DNA of 54,966 bases from positions 148,332 through 203,297 of the forward strand of contig NW_004798204.1 in assembly GCF_000002075.1 (NCBI RefSeq). The letters are read 5' to 3'. This document shows, piece after piece, positions 39,226-51,704 of the stretch. Within the stretch, counting starts at the first letter, position 1. Every line of letters starts with the position of its first letter. A program made the position numbers and the translations under genes. The notes under the pieces are model-generated. The model was not told the DNA's origin. It saw only the letters and a list, made by a program, of their open reading frames with translations, and did not search any database. This DNA comes from Aplysia californica. Its lineage: Eukaryota.

Positions 39226-40047
39226 AGGGTGCAAGTGCTGTATTTACATGCTTTATTTTCACTTCACTAACAAACGTTTTTTCTTAGTTTTCTGATTTTT
39301 CTCAGCTCCCGTTGAATTAATATAACTAATACCCTAACTGCTCATTACAAAAATTGAAGTACTAATTGGACTACTAATTTGCTGACAAATGTTTCTACTC
39401 AACAACATGTGCCCCGTGTTTTGTACCTGTGTCTGTCTTAAACTACAGATAACTAGAAGACAGACCACTTGGTCCTGCGGATGGTGTGAAGAAGGAAGAA
39501 AAGCAGGAAGCAGGTCACACCAAGGCAAGCATCGCGTTTGTAACATCACAGCTGAGATGATCATGTGCGTAATTACCAGTCGACGAGGACTTGCACATGT
39601 TGCTGGTGAGTAGTTACCTTCAGCCACTAAGGTGGGGTTTCTAAGGTGGGGTTTCTACCTAGAAAGTGATCTCAACATTTTCTCTATTTAATCTTAACAC
39701 AATTGTCTCCCTGTTATTGGAAAACTTAGGTTCTGTCTAACACGCTGGTTTTTCTCTCGTTTGTTTTTTTCTGTGTTTCCATTAATATGTTACTAACGAG
39801 CAGTAATTATTCCAAACACTGTGGGGGCAGTGCTTGGTTTAGTCGACACCTTTGGGTTTTTTTGTGTTCCAATAACTACTTTTTAATTAATAATCTTTAC
39901 AATATGAACTGTAGCTCCAACTTACTCTTGTTAGCAAAATGTACTAATCTTATCATTTACATTCGTGTACTGACCCAACTCATAACACTAACATTTTTAA
40001 CCTTACTAACGACTAATATAACCCAGACGTGAGCGCTCGGTAGCGCC

Positions 40048-40123
40048 GTCTTTTTAATCAGGCCTCGGTGTACAGTGTACTCTGAGACGGTCCCAAGCCC
40101 GTGGAAACTGAGAGGGAAAAGAC
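40048..40123 (+). ncRNA. Twister ribozyme copy 5
   Basis: Identical to copy 1. Confidence 0.92.
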
Positions 40124-41697
40124 CATGACGACAACAAGAACAAAAATCAAAGTAGTATCTCATCGGTGTGTTTGTGATTCCATAGAGTAAATTGTTTGAC
40201 AGATATTTACGAAAACGTGTTTTTCTGGGGTTTTGTTTTGGGCTTGAAGTGTAAGTTTAACATTCTTCAAACTCATTTACACATCGCACCGTCAAAATAA
40301 GATTTAAACTGATACCAATTTGAGCGTTAGAAAACCTGTAGTCAAATTAAAAGAAATATTTCGTTTGGTGTCACAGACCACAAGCCAATAACAGAAGAAA
40401 AAAATATCAGAAGTTACCGATTGCAGTATACAGAATAAGTAGTTTCTTTGTTGTTGTTTCTTTACCTTTGGAAAACAAGTAAATGCCAGGTTCCGTCCCC
40501 AAGATATCCACGGAGAATGTTAATTTTTGATCCCTTCTTTCTTGGACTAACGGAGACAACCGAATTTGGGTCTTTGTTCTTTGCCGATTTCGTCTCTGTA
40601 TTAACATAAGCTGTCAAAGATCATGTAAATTGATATTTCAAATATTTCATTTTTATCCTATTCTTGATCGGATTTTAATTTTCTGTCAAATTCATTTTTG
40701 AACAGCACAAACAGAAACAAAATTACAAACTCATTCTCATCAGTTAACGCACTCTCACCCCAAATACANNNNNNNNNNNNNNNNNNNNNNNNNNNNNNNN
40801 NNNNNNNNNNNNNNNNNNNNNNNNNNNNNNNNNNNNNNNNNNNNNNNNNNNNNNNNNNNNNNNNNNNNNNNNNNNNNNNNNNNNNNNNNNNNNNNNNNNN
40901 NNNNNNNNNNNNNNNNNNNNNNNNNNNNNNNNNNNNNNNNNNNNNNNNNNNNNNNNNNNNNNNNNNNNNNNNNNNNNNNNNNNNNNNNNNNNNNNNNNNN
41001 NNNNNAGTTTTATAATTGAGCTGAAGATGTAGTTTCACCTCTAGTACGTTCCTTTCTTTCAAGGAATTTCTTACTCTAGGTTTAGTATCTGCACACTATA
41101 TCGCTTATTAGTAAGTATTGTGTTTAAATTTTAATGTCAACAAAAGGTAGTTGATTAATCGCTCATGCACCGCTGGACGTTTATGGCTCTTTGGAAACCC
41201 GCGTCCTTGTTATTTGTATTGACACCTGTGTATCAATGGAGTCCTGATGATCCACGAGCCGCTATTGCCTCACAAAGCCAACGACGCTAAGCTGTTGTAA
41301 ACACTGGTCAACAAGAGTGAATGGGAAGGAAAATCCACACAACAAAAACCGTTCCAGTGTTATTTCACACGTACAGCCATGTTGTCTCAAATCTATAGAG
41401 ACGTAAACAAAAGATTTTGATTCATGTTGGACTATTGTGCGGTCGGTCTAGGAAAAATGCTAGAGGCGGAAACAACAACTGCGTAAAATCTACTGACCAA
41501 GCTACGGTCATTCTTCTCGCTGAAGCGTACAAGGATTTGGATTGGCTGTGGTAGAAGGAAGGGAGGAGCATCATGGAATATAAAACCAGCATTCCCGGGC
41601 ATCCTCCAGTTCATCGTATCGCTTTTGCAGTGAGAGGACGTTGGTGTTTCAGTGTACCCGAGTGTCATTTCTGCACATCTCTCGTGTATTTTCAAGT

Positions 41698-41952
41698 ATG
41701 GAAAGTGTTGCAGTTCCTGCAGTGAGGTTCATTGCTGGTGACTTTTGGTCATCCGTGAAGATGAGGCAAGTGCGTGTTCTGTGCCAGAAGACGAGCACAC
41801 CCGTCCAAGTGTTGGAAGCGGCAATGGAAGACGACGACTCCATTCGCAAGGTCATCAAGAGGATAGGTCTCACTGACCGCCGAGGCCGCGACAGTTGGCG
41901 TGAGGTTTTCAAGGAAATCAGCTTCATGGGCAACGTCTCACACCCGCATATC
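41698..41952 (+). pseudogene. Truncated kinase copy 6
   Basis: Identical to the other copies up to ...SHPHI (CATATC at 41952), then unrelated sequence. Confidence 0.9.
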
Positions 41953-41958
41953 GTCGGC

Positions 41959-42218
41959 GGAGAATTCTAACCGTCCAACTCCGATTTCGTAAATTTTACA
42001 GGAGAGACAAAAAACTGAATTCAAAGGCTCCTATGGGGATTTACTATCTTTAAATGCGCTAGACTGGAATACATGACTCTACTTTTAAGTATTTAAAACA
42101 AAAGTGCCGAAATTTTATTATTTTAAGTGCTAAACCAGAGTTATACGGATAGACCGCTCAGTTTTGGATTTCTAACCGTCCAAGTGTCGACGAACGAATT
42201 GTTCGTTTAGAATTCTCC
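41959..42218. mobile_element. Small TIR element at the array breakpoint
   Basis: Perfect 12-bp inverted repeat GGAGAATTCTAA / TTAGAATTCTCC; internal direct repeat TTCTAACCGTCCAA. Confidence 0.5.
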
Positions 42219-42401
42219 AACCCGGCGGGGACGCGACAGATTGAGTGCGTCGTTAAGTTTTTACTATAAAGCTACTAGGTCTATTTGATCCTCCATTCTC
42301 NNNNNNNNNNNNNNNNNNNNNNNNNNNNNNNNNNNNNNNNNNNNNNNNNNNNNNNNNNNNNNNNNNNNNNNNNNNNNNNNNNNNNNNNNNNNNNNNNNNN
42401 C

Positions 42402-42455
<54 letters not shown>

Positions 42456-43059
42456 CCCCCTCCCCATGTTCTCTAAACTTCTCGTTCCATTCGATAAAAA
42501 TACAGCTTGTGAAATTAGAGAGCACTGGTCAACTGGAGGGAAAGAGAAGGAAAATCCTCACAACAAAAACCGTTCCAGTGTTATTTCACTCTTACGGCCA
42601 TGTTGTCTCAAACCTATGGAGAAGGAAACAACGGAGTTTGATTTATGTTTGACTACAGTACCGTCGGTCTTACAAACGAGACTTTTACTAATGTTCGGAG
42701 CTGGGGAAGGGTTTTTAATGAGTGAAGGTTCCATGTGAGTGCATATTGTTATTGATTCGACTCCCGGGCTCCCTGCCCGCCATTGAGTCCAACAAGGAGA
42801 CACATTGCTGGGATAAGCAGAGCTGTGCAAGGGATACCCTGGAGTTTTACTCTCAACGAGAGTGTACATGACCCTCCCGTCAAGATTGACCCAGCAGACG
42901 GGGCACTGGCTTTATCTATATTCCTCCATCCCACGGGGGAAAGGACAAAGTTTAATCACGCATTAATATTATATGTACCTATAAAAAGGTATCACTTCCA
43001 GAGTGTTAGAAAATATGAAAGAAAGAACATTGATTTGTCATGTATAGATACCAATAAAA

Positions 43060-44615
43060 ATGTAGCTCCTGTGGTAAAACATTTTAAAAAGTTGTTGGTT
43101 GGTGCAACTATGCATGCAAAAAAACTTATACAGATTATAGCCAATATTGAGAGTGTAATGACCAACCGAACTAGTAAGTTAGAACAGTAAAAGGACAAAG
43201 AAGTAAAGATCTTTCGAGCTTTTCAGTTTTTTCGTAAGAATTTTACGGCACTTGCAACTTAATAAGGTTATATAAATGCTGAAGAATAGATGTGTTACAA
43301 GAGAGAAACATGCACAAAAAAGACGAAGGAGAGATAAGGACGATATATGTTTGATAGGGAAAAAAGAGCAAACCACACCAGACCACCAGCCAACCACCTA
43401 CGACAAAACCCTTGACGTAATAATAATAATTAAACTAACAAGATATGTCATAAAACACATATACAAAGAAAGTTAGAATGGTTTAGGACAGACATAGATA
43501 CCTACAAAAAGGTAGCACCTGTGATAAAACAAAATAAGAGGTTGGTTGCTGCAACTAGGCATGCACAAAAGCTAATAGATTCTAACCAATACTGAGAATG
43601 TAACGACAAACAGCACAAATTGCTCAGAAACAGTAGCAGGACAAAGAAGTAAAGACGCTTCCAGCTTATTAGAACAGATGAAAGTAAAAATATTGGGAGT
43701 TTTTTATGGTAAGTGTTTTACGGCGCTCGCAATTGTATAAGGTCATATGAGCGCGCGGGACACAAAGATATAAAGATGCTTCCAATATTTTTACGACACA
43801 TTTAGGTTTGGATAGAGTCTATCCTCGCAAAAATACCACTTGCAAAATGCTAATACCTGTTGTAAAACACAATTGTGTTTTTAGTTGTTGCAATACGGCA
43901 TGCATAAAAACTGAAAGATTAACACAACCGACCGCACAAGTTTGTCAAAACAGTAGGTGCACAAAAGAAGTAAAGGTGTTTCCACCTTTTCAAAACACAT
44001 TCAGTTTTGAATAGAGTTTAGCCTGTTTATGAAGCCTATAAGATGCATCACCTGCGGTAAAACTAAAATACAATGATGTGTATGTTGTTACATCTAGGCA
44101 GACATAAAAACGAAAATTATATAATCGATGCTGAGAGTGTAACGATCGACGGCTCAAGTTTGTCATAACAGTAGCTGCATAAAGAAATAAAGAGGTTTCC
44201 AAGTTTTTAGAATACATTTAGGTTTGTGTAGATTTTAGTTTGTTTAGGAAGCCTATAAGATGCCTTACATTTAAGGTAAAACACAATGATGTGTTTGTTG
44301 TTATAATTAGGGCAGCATAAAAGCTGAAAGATTATAACCAGTACTAAGAGTGTAACGACCAACAGTACAGGTTTGTCAAAACAATAGGTGCACAAAGAAA
44401 TATAGTTGCTTCCAGCTTTTCAGAATACATTTAGGTCTGGATAGAACTTAGCCTGGCAAAGATGCCTGTAACATGCCAGTACTTGTGGTAAAACACGATA
44501 TTGTGTTTGTTGGTATAATTAGGAATGCACAAACACTGATGGATTATAACTTATACTATGAATTTAACGAACGACCGTATAAGTTTGTCAAAACGATAAG
44601 TGCACAAAGAAATAA
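43060..44615 (+). repeat. Degenerate ~190-215 bp minisatellite (~6 copies) with LINE-tail fragments inserted
   Basis: CCTGTGGTAAAAC...GAGAGTGTAACGAC...TTTGTCAAAACAGTAG.TGCACAAAGAA.TAAAG...TTCCAGCTTTT recurs near 43060, 43510, 43850, 44045, 44265 and 44480. Confidence 0.75.
43232..43400 (-). mobile_element. Dispersed repeat, probable LINE 3' end
   Basis: Reverse complement of the 18270-18435 repeat. Confidence 0.55.
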
Positions 44616-44623
44616 CTACATTT

Positions 44624-45165
44624 GTGTCACGACTTGGTGGAATAGGGTGCTCGTGAATTTTTGGTCACGTCGAGTTATGGTATTAGTTTTTAGCTTGTTC
44701 AGTTGTCTTGCATATTGTGAAAAGAATATTCATATATCTTGAATAGAGGTCCAGATATTTGCAATTGAGGAAGGTGGGTGCGCCTGGTGTTAGAGATACA
44801 TTTTATTGAGAAACTTTAATGGCCTCCAAAGTTTTGTGACTTCCAAATTTGAGTATCCTTGAAAACTGCAAATTTCCATTTAATTTTTCTGTATCTTTGA
44901 TGAATGTTTTTCGGTAAAATCCTCACAGACTTGTATCTCTAAATGGTCATAAAGCATTCAGCCAAAAGGGAAAAAAGTCCAACGCCCCCCCCCTAAAAAC
45001 CCCAATCAACAACAAACAACAACAACAACAACCAAGAACAAACAAAATAACAAACGAACATACAAATAAAGATACAAAGAAATAAACAAACATACAAAGA
45101 AAAGGAAACAAAACAAAACTGTCGATTTCTTTTATTTCATAATCTTGACGAGCGCATGACTTTAT
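44624..45165. mobile_element. Degenerate Sola-like MITE
   Basis: Starts GTGTCACGACTTGGTGGAATAGGGTGCTCG; shares the family body; right end TTGACGAGCGCATGA. Confidence 0.55.
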
Positions 45166-45713
45166 TATGATAGAGTTAACTTCACAACTCCGATTGTGGG
45201 CTATAGGGCAAAAAAGTTCAGAATCAAGAGCGCGAGTTTACACTTTTGCCCATGCACTTTATTTGCTCTTTACTTGAACTAACTAAAGACATGCCTTTTT
45301 TTCTCTCTGTAAAACCAGGTCAAAAATCGTAAAAGTTGCGGCGACCTTTCCAAGTCTGGCTCGAACAGTATTGTGAATTAATGCCGGGGCAGGCTCGCTC
45401 GGATATATACTTAGGCTTTTTAACTTCTCTTGCTTGCAAGAGTCGCAGTTACCAGCACGCTTGCACGCACGCACATCGCCAAACACATNNNNNNNNNNNN
45501 NNNNNNNNNNNNNNNNNNNNNNNNNNNNNNNNNNNNNNNNNNNNNNNNNNNNNNNNNNNNNNNNNNNNNNNNNNNNNNNNNNNNNNNNNNNNNNNNNNNN
45601 NNNNNNNNNNNNNNNNNNNNNNNNNNNNNNNNNNNNNNNNNNNNNNNNNNNNNNNNNNNNNNNNNNNNNNAATAATATAAACACACACGCATCAACACAC
45701 ACTCACACAAACA

Positions 45714-45785
<72 letters not shown>

Positions 45786-46454
45786 AAATGATGTCCCTGT
45801 GACTGAGCTTTAGCGAAGAAGAGCAGGAATTAGTTATCTTCTCTGTCTCTTTAACTACTGGAACGAGTGAAGACAGTCTGAAACAAATTTGTGTCCAACT
45901 CTATGGTTTGTAGTCTTACAGCAGTTATTTTATACGTTTCCTACAAACATGTACTACATAGATGTAAGTGTCAAGGTCTACGGTTTAGTTCAAGAAAAAG
46001 AAATCTTTGTTAAATTCCGTGCTAATTTTTTTTTAGCTAGATCTAATTGGATTGAACAAAGAGCTTTGTTCATTATCTCTATCTTTGACTTTATAGATTT
46101 AGCCATAGTGAGTTGAATTCTTTGAAAGATGTCCACATAAACATTATTTGACGGAAATGGACACCACGAGGTTTTTCCATTGACACTTTCAAGCGTAAAA
46201 AAGATTCCCTTATAGTCTGAACCCACCATAACGCGCATGACGACTTGGCATAATGTGAATGTCGGTTCGGCATAATGCGAATGTCGGTCAGTAGAGTAAG
46301 ACCGATGATTGCGGTAAAGCAAGGCATCAGCGCATTTATATATATTATCTTCATTGTGACACGGAAATATAATATTGTTCAATTCCCTGCAGTCGGTAAG
46401 TAGATGGCTTATTGTAATACTAGAGTGGATGGGTTACGCTCCCATCAGTTAAAT

Positions 46455-46887
46455 GTGAGCCAACGCGGTGGAATCAGGCTCTCGTCAATTTTTGGGCTTG
46501 TAGAGTTATTGGTATCATCTTAAAGCTTGTTCACCTGTCTTTATTTGGATGAAAAAATATCCATTTATCTTGAATACAAGTCGAGATATTTGCGAAAGAA
46601 GGAGGTGGGGGTCACTTGTTTTCAGAGGTAAAATTAGAGAGAAAATGGCCGCCAAAAATTAGTTATTTCCTTAGCTTAAAAGTCCGTGGTAACTGAAAAT
46701 TTACATTTTTTGTACCTTTAATCAACGTTTTTCTGAAAAATCCACACAGAAATGAGTTCTTTAATGGGCATGAAAGGTGTTGAGCCAAAAAACAAAAATA
46801 TAATAAATTTCACAAACCTGCGGAAAAATGCAAGTTTCTTCACTTTGATCATTTTGACGAGAGCCTGATTCCACCACGCTGCCTCAC
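46455..46887. mobile_element. Sola-like MITE, best-preserved copy
   Basis: TIRs GTGAGCCAACGCGGTGGAATCAGGCTCTCGTCAA / TTGACGAGAGCCTGATTCCACCACGCTGCCTCAC; TSD AAAT on both sides. Confidence 0.85.
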
Positions 46888-48262
46888 AAATTAAGATCAT
46901 TTCGGAGGCGGGCTACTTCGAGCCTGATAGTCACCCCAATCCAGGCTGTGAGGGGAAACAACGTTCCACCAACAATTAATAAATAAAAAATCCGAAGATA
47001 CTCGGCAATATAACCTAACAGCAACACAACAAACGTTGGTCGGTATACGTGGGTGGGTATTGAGTTCACATATACTCGTACATTTATTGATTTAGTGGGA
47101 AAGTATAATAGTGATTTATTTTATTTTTGTGTTCTTCTTGTTTTGTTTTGTTTTATTTACGTCCCGAACAATACACTTCAGNNNNNNNNNNNNNNNNNNN
47201 NNNNNNNNNNNNNNNNNNNNNNNNNNNNNNNNNNNNNNNNNNNNNNNNNNNNNNNNNNNNNNNNNNNNNNNNNNNNNNNNNNNNNNNNNNNNNNNNNNNN
47301 NNNNNNNNNNNNNNNNNNNNNNNNNNNNNNNNNNNNNNNNNNNNNNNNNNNNNNNNNNNNNNNNNNNNNNNNNNNNNNNNNNNNNNNNNNNNNNNNNNNN
47401 NNNNNNNNNNNNNNNNNNNNNNNNNNNNNNNNNNNNNNNNNNNNNNNNNNNNNNNNNNNNNNNNNNNNNNNNNNNNNNNNNNNNNNNNNNNNNNNNNNNN
47501 NNNNNNNNNNNNNNNNNNNNNNNNNNNNNNNNNNNNNNNNNNNNNNNNNNNNNNNNNNNNNNNNNNNNNNNNNNNNNNNNNNNNNNNNNNNNNNNNNNNN
47601 NNNNNNNNNNNNNNNNNNNNNNNNNNNNNNNNNNNNNNNNNNNNNNNNNNNNNNNNNNNNNNNNNNNNNNNNNNNNNNNNNNNNNNNNNNNNNNNNNNNN
47701 NNNNNNNNNNNNNNNNNNNNNNNNNNNNNNNNNNNNNNNNNNNNNNNNNNNNNNNNNNNNNNNNNNNNNNNNNNNNNNNNNNNNNNNNNNNNNNNNNNNN
47801 NNNNNNNNNNNNNNNNNNNNNNNNNNNNNNNNNNNNNNNNNNNNNNNNNNNNNNNNNNNNNNNNNNNNNNNNNNNNNNNNNNNNNNNNNNNNNNNNNNNN
47901 NNNNNNNNNNNNNNNNNNNNNNNNNNNNNNNNNNNNNNNNNNNNNNNNNNNNNNNNNNNNNNNNNNNNNNNNNNNNNNNNNNNNNNNNNNNNNNNNNNNN
48001 NNNNNNNNNNNNNNNNNNNNNNNNNNNNNNNNNNNNNNNNNNNNNNNNNNNNNNNNNNNNNNNNNNNNNNNNNNNNNNNNNNNNNNNNNNNGAGAGAGAG
48101 AGAGAGAAAATATATGTGGAAAGGGTGGTCTTCATGAATCAGAATCGAAATAATCTGTGTTATGAATCAGAATCAAAATAATCTGTGTCAAGTTCAATCG
48201 AATAAAGTAACCAGAAATGAATACTAAAGGTTGGACTTTTGCCTTTTCTCAGAAACCCCAAG

Positions 48263-51200
48263 ATGCTGATTCTTTTTGTGATGTTGTTTGCCTTTCTGGG
48301 CTGGCTCGTCCATTGGTTCCTGCGGAGCCTTGTTGTGGGTGACTTCGACGACAAGTACATCTTCGTTTCTGGTTGTGATAGCGGCTTCGGTAAACATTTT
48401 GCGATGTGAGTTAGACGCAGTTTTAACAATAGGCCTGTTGTCTTACTTCTTCTTCTTTCACAAAGCCATTCAATATCCGAGGCCTGTTTTGAATACAGTT
48501 GAAAACCCTAAACTTTTTCATCTACGTTTCGAACACAGTTGAATACCCTGAGCTTTTTTTATCTACGTAAAATAAATCGCTTAAAGTCCAAAATCTCCCC
48601 GTCCGCCCTAAACAAACAATACTTCGTGGTTTGAGAGCCATAAGTGTCCAAGCCCGTGTTTTCCAAAGCTCCAAAGATAGCGTAATGGAGGTAATCAAAC
48701 GATTATAATATTGCATCGCGTTTGTTGATATCAAACCAGCCGGCCCAGTAGTTTTGCCAAAATCGCAGTATCGCAGTTCCCGATGTGTCAACAGATCTAT
48801 CCAAGAGTTGCCTGAAACACCTTGCCCTGAAAATCCATTTTTCACAAAACAAAAAATGTAGACATAGTCACCCTGTGTTCTCAGCGAACGATGAGTTCTG
48901 ATGCTAGATACATCTAGCTAAAACATCTGCCAGATTTTAAAAATGTCTGAGCCATGGTTTGATTTTAAATTTTATTGCATGCAGGCTAAGAATTCCGATT
49001 GAGACGGTTGTTGAACTATGTACGAAAAGAGATCAGTCACTCCAGGAAAAACAGTTCATCACTTAAAGCAGAGGCTATGTTACACTTTTGTTCAACAGCC
49101 TACAATACGCTGAATGCATAAATAATAAAGAAAACAAACGTATTGAGTTATCAAAACGCTGCACATAAAATGCACAAAGAAATAAAAAGGACACAAAACA
49201 TAATATTTGTGAAACCACTATGCGTGGGTGACGGAGGACGAGTAGTAGGAAATGCAATAAATAAAAGATTTTCACATAAAAACCGAGCAAGTGTGGCTAG
49301 AAATTATGAAAAATACAAAACCTTGTTTGATTTGCACTGCAAATTTGACAGGAATGATAAAATTCTTATGGTGATCAAGTAATGAGCACGTTAGAAACAC
49401 ACCTTACGAGGTGTTTTGTTTTGTTTGAAATTTCGGGACAGACAGTAGTTAAATGTGGGAATTATAGTACAGTCGAATTTATCCAAGACGGCCACCCATT
49501 GTCGAGTCGAAAAAGTGGTTGTTTTAGACAGGTCGACGTCTTAGACAGCGTAATTATAATTTTAAAATACACAAGCTGGGAAGTGGAAAGTGGTCGTTCG
49601 AACAACTGATTGTTTTTGACATGTGGTCTGCACGAAGCAAAAATCAACCTGACAAAGCCAATGATTAACTTCTGCTGACATAGTTTAGTCTTACTGTGTG
49701 ACAGAAGTTTATGTTCTGAGTTTTCTGGCTGCCATCGAAAAAGTGAACACGGCACGGGAGCCATCTTGTAAAATATCCACAGTCAGAACGTAAGGTTTCT
49801 TGTAGATCGAGATCGTTTCCAAGGTCATCTTAAAGTTTCCTTTTTCCTTTAAGTTTGTTCTGTGACTGTAGTCCAAAATATAGGCCTGTGGTTTTTGTTT
49901 GTTCGTTTTGTTTTTGTTGTTATCTTAAAGGAATACGTACCATTAAGGCACTTCATTTACGTTAACAGCCAAAACACACATATCACAATTCCTCAAATTG
50001 TGTGGAATATTATGTCATTCATGAAAAGCCCTGCAAGGTGTGTGAATGCGTATTGCGTCTATAATAATATTATTATATTTCATTATGTCAATACGCAATA
50101 CATGCGTATTGTTATGCCTACAGTGTAGGCCTACAGGCGTGTTTTCCTACCAGTTAAAATAATAATTATAATAATAATAATGAAAACACGACTGCAGCTT
50201 TATTAAACTGGAAGATGGTAGGTCCTTAAAATAGACTTGTACCCATGATGTTGCATGAATTTCACGTTTAAAACAGCGTGCAGTAGCACAGTAAGATGTC
50301 TCGTACGCAAAACTTTGGTCCCTTACATGAATCTGTGTCTACAACGTACCGACGATATGACATTTTGCGAAGAGTAACAATAATACAAAACTAGACCGTT
50401 AAAGTGCAACCTTACACAAAGAAGCCCGTGATGTATATCGTTTTGCTAAAACACTAAATAGACATTATTCTTAAAAATGTAAAAGTGTTTAACGCCCCTA
50501 TCGATACAGTGTTGATAATCTAGAAGGCAGGCATCCGACCCTGCCTGTCAGGGCTAAATCAGGCTGAGTGGGATGCAACATTTCAGCAGAAAACCAAAGA
50601 TTTATGCGTGCGACATAGATGCGCCTATTATATCTCCTACACCAATGATGCCGGTTATTGTACTTTGAACCTACGATGTATGTCATAATATAGCATCGGA
50701 CAATAAATAATAGAACATGTTACAGCACAATGAAATTGTTTTATGAAAATAAGATCACGTGTATAAAAATGTTTATTTGAAAGTTCGGGAGAGTAAGCCT
50801 AAATCTTAACAAATGGAACGCGTGCATCGGTAAGATTAGCGTCACGCAACGCATGAGTGCAAAAATAGCTGGAATGTGTGTCTGCTCTTATCTTTCAATA
50901 ACGCGTGTTACTTGTGTGGCATTGTGGTGAAATCAGGCGCTCGTCAAAATAATGAAATTAAAGACACTCGCATTTTTTTTCCGTCCGCTGTGCAATTTTC
51001 ATGGAATTTTTGTTTTCCTCAACATTTTTTATATCTAGATCTATTTTAAAAATCTAGGTCTGTGTGGATATAACTGAGAACNNNNNNNNNNNNNNNNNNN
51101 NNNNNNNNNNNNNNNNNNNNNNNNNNNNNNNNNNNNNNNNNNNNNNNNNNNNNNNNNNNNNNNNNNNNNNNNNNNNNNNNNNNNNNNNNNNNNNNNNNNN

Positions 51201-51665
51201 NNNNNNNNNNNNNNNNNNNNNNNNNNNNNNNNNNNNNNNNNNNNNNNNNNNNNNNNNNNNNNNNNNNNNNNNNNNNNNNNNNNNNNNNNNNNNNNNNNNN
51301 NNNNNNNNNNNNNNNNNNNNNNNNNNNNNNNNNNNNNNNNNNNNNNNNNNNNNNNNNNNNNNNNNNNNNNNNNNNNNNNNNNNNNNNNNNNNNNNNNNNN
51401 NNNNNNNNNNNNNNNNNNNNNNNNNNNNNNNNNNNNNNNNNNNNNNNNNNNNNNNNNNNNNNNNNNNNNNNNNNNNNNNNNNNNNNNNNNNNNNNNNNNN
51501 NNNNNNNNNNNNNNNNNNNNNNNNNNNNNNNNNNNNNNNNNNNNNNNNNNNNNNNNNNNNNNNNNNNNNNNNNNNNNNNNNNNNNNNNNNNNNNNNNNNN
51601 NNNNNNNNNNNNNNNNNNNNNNNNNNNNNNNNNNNNNNNNNNNNNNNNNNNNNNNNNNNNNNNNN

Positions 51666-51704
<39 letters not shown>

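Larger units (their letters stand above)
20255..41952 (+). repeat. Head-to-tail tandem array of ~4.02-4.05 kb kinase + twister ribozyme units (5 complete plus partial ends)
   Basis: Kinase ATGs at 21523, 25573, 29599, 33619, 37673 and 41698 (spacings 4050, 4026, 4020, 4054, 4025). Units are near-identical with private SNPs, and each has one N-run at the same position. Confidence 0.97.

Noticed and set aside
42750-42915. Possible SINE or HDV-like ribozyme in a GC-richer patch (GATTCGACTCC B-box-like)
   Set aside because: No A box or tRNA fold, and I could not build the nested double pseudoknot.
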